From an uncultured Schleiferiaceae bacterium (GTDB lineage Bacteria; Bacteroidota; Bacteroidia; Flavobacteriales; Schleiferiaceae), in NCBI GenBank assembly GCA_965661265.1, contig CBFIDE010000010.1, positions 6,357 to 70,356 of the forward strand: a stretch of 64,000 nucleotides of DNA. Reading direction: 5' to 3'. The translations under genes and the position numbers were made by a program. The notes beneath the pieces are model-generated. The model saw only the letters and a list, made by a program, of their open reading frames with translations, did no database searches and was not told the origin of the DNA. This document shows positions 60,092-64,000 of this stretch, piece after piece (position 1 is the stretch's first letter; each line of letters starts with the position of its first letter).

Positions 60092-60601
60092 TTAGTTGAT
60101 ACTTTCTCCGGCAGCTAACTTTTCAACCAACTCATATAAATGATCTTCATCACCTGGGAGATAACTATTATGTTGCCATACTATATGACCTTCACCGTCG
60201 ATAAGGAATGTATGTGGAATATTATTTACATTAAGAGCTCTTCTTAGATCAGAATTTTCATCTAAATAAATCTCATATTCCCAGCCTTGGGAAATAGCAT
60301 AAGGCTTTACCCTAGTTGAATTTCTAGAGTCATCTATAGAAATGGCAACTAGTTTCACTCCTGTTTCATCTACCCAATCAGGATATTGATCTGCAATTGC
60401 ATTAAGTTCTCTAATACAAGGCTTACACCATGTAGCCCAAAAAGAAACAATCATAGGCTTGCTATCATTATTGATCGTTGAAATATCTACAAGATTACCT
60501 TGAGTGTCTTTTATTTTGATAGAAGGCAGTTTGTCTTGAGCTGTAGAGAAAAAGCTAAAACCTAGCATCAATGCGGAAATAATGAATGACTTCATAATCA
60601 T
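60092..60601 (-). CDS. TlpA/ResA-family periplasmic thiol-disulfide oxidoreductase
   Basis: A signal peptide plus the SFWATWCKPC thioredoxin active site. Confidence 0.85.
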   Translation of the reverse strand: MIMKSFIISALMLGFSFFSTAQDKLPSIKIKDTQGNLVDISTINNDSKPMIVSFWATWCKPCIRELNAIADQYPDWVDETGVKLVAISIDDSRNSTRVKPYAISQGWEYEIYLDENSDLRRALNVNNIPHTFLIDGEGHIVWQHNSYLPGDEDHLYELVEKLAAGESIN

Positions 60602-60862
60602 GTTTAGAGTAATAGGGTTATCAATCTGAATTCTTTATGGTAAGAATCTATGGCAAATGAAAATAATTTAATAATCATTTACTAATTATTCTCACCCTTT
60701 CCCCCTTTTTTGTCGTTGGTTTTAATGTAGATGTCAATTAGTTAAAAGATGTTAATTGCTCTGAAAGAGTGTTTTTTTTGTAAAAAAAGTATTACTTTGG
60801 GCTACTGAAATAATAAATGAGAAGTCCATTTTAACTATTATTCGGACTTAAAATATATTTAA

Positions 60863-61567
60863 ATGAAAAAAATATTATTCGCTCTTTGTGCTTTTGGGCT
60901 TGGTTTTTTAGCATCAGCACAAAGTTTAACAGTAACTTCTTACGACGCTAATGTCTACGGAAATGCTTGGAATACTTCAGACTTAGCTTCCTATGCGGTG
61001 GTAAGTAATAATACTGGCGCACCTGTAGAAGTTAGTTGCAAGAGGATAGATAGAAATTACACAGCCCTAACGGACAGTAACGCTATATGCTGGGTAATTT
61101 GTTACGGACCAGAAGTATCTGTAAGCCCATTAACTATAACTATTCCGGCCTTTTCTGATAATTCCGATAACCCATTCAGCGGGCATGTCTATCCAGATTT
61201 AGATGGTCAGGCTAACTCAGGGGATATAACTTATGTGTTCTATCTAACTAATACTCCTACTGATAGTGTGGCAATTACCGTTAATTATGATGTAAGTGCT
61301 ACTTTCAATACCAATGAAGATAAACTGTCATCATTGAAAGTTTATCCAAATCCAGTGAATGATGTTCTATACTATGAGTATGAGTCTAATATCAGCACTA
61401 AATTCGAAATATTTGATATGACCGGAGCTACTGTTTATTCAGAAGATGTGAAGGAGTCTAACCCTACTCATCAAGTAAACGTACAGCATTTGCCTTCAGG
61501 TGTATATATGTATTCTTTAATTCAAAATGGTCAACGTCAGTTTACTAAGAAGTTGATCAAATTATAA
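60863..61567 (+). CDS. T9SS type A sorting domain protein, small Cys-containing cargo
   Basis: A signal peptide ending SAQ and a C-terminal KVYPNPVNDVLY...GVYMYSL...KKLIKL. Four Cys lie within about 27 residues (VSCKRIDRNYTALTDSNAICWVICY). Confidence 0.75.
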   Translation: MKKILFALCAFGLGFLASAQSLTVTSYDANVYGNAWNTSDLASYAVVSNNTGAPVEVSCKRIDRNYTALTDSNAICWVICYGPEVSVSPLTITIPAFSDNSDNPFSGHVYPDLDGQANSGDITYVFYLTNTPTDSVAITVNYDVSATFNTNEDKLSSLKVYPNPVNDVLYYEYESNISTKFEIFDMTGATVYSEDVKESNPTHQVNVQHLPSGVYMYSLIQNGQRQFTKKLIKL

Positions 61568-61607
61568 TTTTTTATTTTTTTTATTCACTAACTCTAATTA
61601 ACCCCTC

Positions 61608-63605
61608 ATGAAAAAATCATTATTCGTAGGTGCATTGCTAATGAGTGCTTCTCAGCTTTTTGCTCAGTTGCCAGTTAGCACTTCAGCAGAGAACAAAAAT
61701 GTTGTTCTTGAAGAATTTACAGGTATTTATTGTACATGGTGTCCAGCAGGTCACTTACTTGCTAATAATTTAAAAGCGTCAAACCCTGGCGATGTTGTCT
61801 TAATTAACATTCACACTGGTGGTTTTGCGGCTCCATCTGGAAATGATCCAGATTTTAGAATCGCTGAAGGTGCAGGAATTGCCGGCCAAAGTGGATTGAC
61901 AGGATATCCTGCAGGAACTGTGAACAGAAGATTATTCTCTGGAATGTCTCAAGGTACAGGTACTGCAATGAGTAGAGGATCCTGGGCAGCTGCAGGTGCA
62001 ACTGTATTAGGAGAGTCTTCTTATGTAAATGTTGCTCTTGAAGGAGAAATTGACTTTACAACCAATACATTAAGTGTTGATGTTGAATTGTATTTCACAG
62101 GTAGTTCTGCTCCTTCTTCAGTAAATCTTAATGTTGCTGTTTTACAAAATGGTGTACTAGGACCACAAACTGGAATGGCTGGAAATCCATCTCAGATAGA
62201 AGGAAGTAGTTATATTCATAACCATATGTTAAGAGAAATGATGACTGGCCAATGGGGTGATGTTATCAATACTACAACTATGGGTACGACTGTGTCTAAA
62301 ACTTATACATGGACACTACCTGCTGATATCAATTCTGTGACTCTTGTTCCGGGTGATTTAGAAATAGCTGCTTTTGTTGCTGAAGGTCAACAAACAATTA
62401 TTTCTGGTGCAAATGGTCCTATTACTTATGTGGCTCCTGCTGGTTCAGTTGTTGCTGATTTAAGTGTAGCTTCAACATATACTCCACCAAATGCTGGATT
62501 ATGTGCCAACACAATTACTCCAACTGTAGATGTAACTAATACTTCTTCTGTATCTGTTCCTGCTTACAATGTTGTAGCTAAGTCTGATGGTGTTGTTTTA
62601 GCAACAGTTCCAAGTACAGCTGCTTTAGCTGCTGGTGCAACAGCAACTATTAACTTCCCACAAATTACTCTTCCGTCAGGTAGAAATAATATTACTTTAG
62701 AAGTAACTGCTGGAACAGGATTAATTGAAGTAAATAGCTTAAACAATAGATATGCTCTAGCTCCTATTGATGTAATTGATCCAATTGCTCAAGCTGGTCC
62801 TTATACAGAAAGCTATGAGTCTTATGCTCTTGGTGATGTTCCTTCTGATGTTATTTTATTAGATAATACTGGAAGAGCGTTTATCGTTGATCAAGGAATC
62901 TCAACTGCTGTAACATGGAATTTGGGTGCCTATGAGATTTCAAATAACTGCTTAAGAATGGACTTCGCTACTATCGCTCCAGGCGAGACAGTAGATATGA
63001 TCACTAAGAAGTATGATTTCTCTTCTGCTACTGCATCAGAGATTCAGTTTAACCATGCTTATGCACTTAGAACTGGAGCTGGAGATGACGAGCTTATCGT
63101 TTCTTATTCTTTAGATTGTGGTGCTACATGGGTTGATGTATATAGTAATGCAGGTGCTGCATTAGCTACTACTTCTCCAACTGGTGCTCAGGTTAGATTA
63201 TATCCAAGAGCTGCTGAGTGGACTATTACTGAACTTAAGCTTCCACAGCTTAATGGTCAAAGTGAAGTTATGTTCAGATTTAGAGGAAACTCTGCTGGAG
63301 GAAATGCACTTTATATTGATAATGTGAATATGGCTGGAACTAACGTAGTTAGTATTGAAGAGAATAACTTAAACGTTTCTCTATATCCTAACCCAGCGCA
63401 GAATGTATTAAACATTGAATTAGCAGAACAAGAAGATTTAACTGTTAAAGTTTATACTATTTCTGGAGCATTAGTAATGGATGCTTCTTTTGATGCAAAT
63501 GAAGCTAAAAGATTAGATGTTTCTAGTTTATCAAATGGTGTGTACATCATTGAGACTAGCACTAAGGATGCTATGAATACAATGAAATTTAATGTATCTA
63601 AATAA
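61608..63605 (+). CDS. T9SS-secreted protein with N-terminal Omp28-like CxxC domain
   Basis: Has a signal peptide, EEFTGIYCTWCP, GYPAG and HNHMLR. A jelly-roll-like region (SLDCGATW...LYIDNVNM) follows, then the C-terminal SLYPNPAQNVLNIEL...GVYIIE T9SS domain. Confidence 0.75.
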   Translation: MKKSLFVGALLMSASQLFAQLPVSTSAENKNVVLEEFTGIYCTWCPAGHLLANNLKASNPGDVVLINIHTGGFAAPSGNDPDFRIAEGAGIAGQSGLTGYPAGTVNRRLFSGMSQGTGTAMSRGSWAAAGATVLGESSYVNVALEGEIDFTTNTLSVDVELYFTGSSAPSSVNLNVAVLQNGVLGPQTGMAGNPSQIEGSSYIHNHMLREMMTGQWGDVINTTTMGTTVSKTYTWTLPADINSVTLVPGDLEIAAFVAEGQQTIISGANGPITYVAPAGSVVADLSVASTYTPPNAGLCANTITPTVDVTNTSSVSVPAYNVVAKSDGVVLATVPSTAALAAGATATINFPQITLPSGRNNITLEVTAGTGLIEVNSLNNRYALAPIDVIDPIAQAGPYTESYESYALGDVPSDVILLDNTGRAFIVDQGISTAVTWNLGAYEISNNCLRMDFATIAPGETVDMITKKYDFSSATASEIQFNHAYALRTGAGDDELIVSYSLDCGATWVDVYSNAGAALATTSPTGAQVRLYPRAAEWTITELKLPQLNGQSEVMFRFRGNSAGGNALYIDNVNMAGTNVVSIEENNLNVSLYPNPAQNVLNIELAEQEDLTVKVYTISGALVMDASFDANEAKRLDVSSLSNGVYIIETSTKDAMNTMKFNVSK

Positions 63606-63627
63606 TTAGAATTCACTTTCTAGTAAG

Positions 63628-63655
63628 AGCCCTCCATTTGGAGGGCTTTTTTTTT
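63628..63655 (+). terminator. Rho-independent terminator after the T9SS Omp28-like gene
   Basis: agccctcc-attt-ggagggct followed by a T9 run. Confidence 0.85.
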
Positions 63656-63677
63656 GCCCTAGGACATATGAAAATCA

Positions 63678-63685
63678 TACTTTTG
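63678..63685 (+). promoter_or_regulatory. Candidate -7 box for ruvA
   Basis: TACTTTTG lies 44 nt upstream of ATG 63730 and after the terminator at 63628. Confidence 0.45.
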
Positions 63686-63729
63686 CCGTTTCAAGGCTAG
63701 CAGTAGCTAAAAGAACCAAGAGGAATTAT

Positions 63730-64000
63730 ATGATTCACCATTTAAAGGGCTTAGTAAAAGAGCTAAATCCAGCATTCGCTATTATAGAGTGTGCAGGAAT
63801 TGGCTATATGGTTAATATTACCATTAACACCTTTTCTGAAATTGCAGATTCAAAAGAAGTACTGCTCTATTCTCATGTAATTTATAAAGAAGATTCTCAA
63901 ACTATTTTTGGCTTTACTACCAAGTCTGAGCGAGAAATGTTTCTTTTACTTTTATCTGTTTCCGGAGTTGGTGGAAATACAGCTCGAGTAATATTAAGCA
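63730..64000 (+). CDS. ruvA: Holliday junction DNA helicase RuvA (5' partial, runs off window)
   Basis: My own translation is MIHHLKGLVKELNPAFAIIECAGIGYMVNITINTF...LLLSVSGVGGNTARVILS, which is the RuvA N-terminal OB and HhH pattern. Confidence 0.9.
   Translation, partial: MIHHLKGLVKELNPAFAIIECAGIGYMVNITINTFSEIADSKEVLLYSHVIYKEDSQTIFGFTTKSEREMFLLLLSVSGVGGNTARVILS

Noticed and set aside
60602-60862. Possible ncRNA or invertible promoter in the 261-nt divergent region between the TlpA operon and the T9SS genes
   Set aside because: I found only AT-rich runs (T8-gt-A7) and near-miss -7 boxes (TTACTTTG, TTCATTTG). No flanking inverted repeats of inverton size and no convincing stable structure could be identified by eye.
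1-64000. Search for tRNA, rRNA, CRISPR arrays, transposases, integrases, prophage or toxin-antitoxin cassettes
   Set aside because: No intergenic gap shows a cloverleaf-like sequence or regularly spaced repeats. No ORF has a DDE, tyrosine- or serine-recombinase or phage structural signature. By eye, the window is core chromosome.

Overview
This is a low-GC Bacteroidota (Flavobacteriia-like) chromosomal window. The lineage call rests on three T9SS C-terminal sorting domains, lineage-typical families (DUF3098, DUF4271, DUF6029, Omp28-like), an alternative complex III locus, and recurrent TAnnTTTG -7 promoter boxes. Gene density is high (about 60 CDS) and most genes are core housekeeping. They include class Ia ribonucleotide reductase (nrdB, nrdA), gcdH, hemD-like, rnpA, dnaG, rlmN, queA, tdk, alr, truB, uppP, ftsX, the rimP-nusA-infB operon, a complete actABCDEF locus followed by cytochrome oxidase subunits II and I, ruvB, queG and the 5' end of ruvA. 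I found no rRNA, tRNA, CRISPR array, transposase, integrase or prophage gene. The best candidate for an undescribed system is at 56.9-63.6 kb. There, a tightly packed operon encodes a periplasmic TlpA-type thioredoxin, a large DUF6029-type outer-membrane barrel, a CxxC-bearing Omp28-like lipoprotein and a small barrel. It is divergently paired with two T9SS-secreted proteins, one of them a CxxC-bearing Omp28 paralog. This looks like an extracytoplasmic or cell-surface thiol-redox module. Other observations: a frameshifted lipoprotein gene; two paralogous O-antigen-ligase-like genes converging with a 90-nt coding overlap; an alanine racemase carrying only a degenerate MurF C-terminal domain; two tiny tail-anchored peptide ORFs; His-rich tracts in ActF and CtaD; several -7 boxes so close to ATGs that leaderless mRNAs are implied; a duplicated terminator hairpin; and several unexplained palindromes. 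All functional calls come from motif recognition by eye, and no database search was run.
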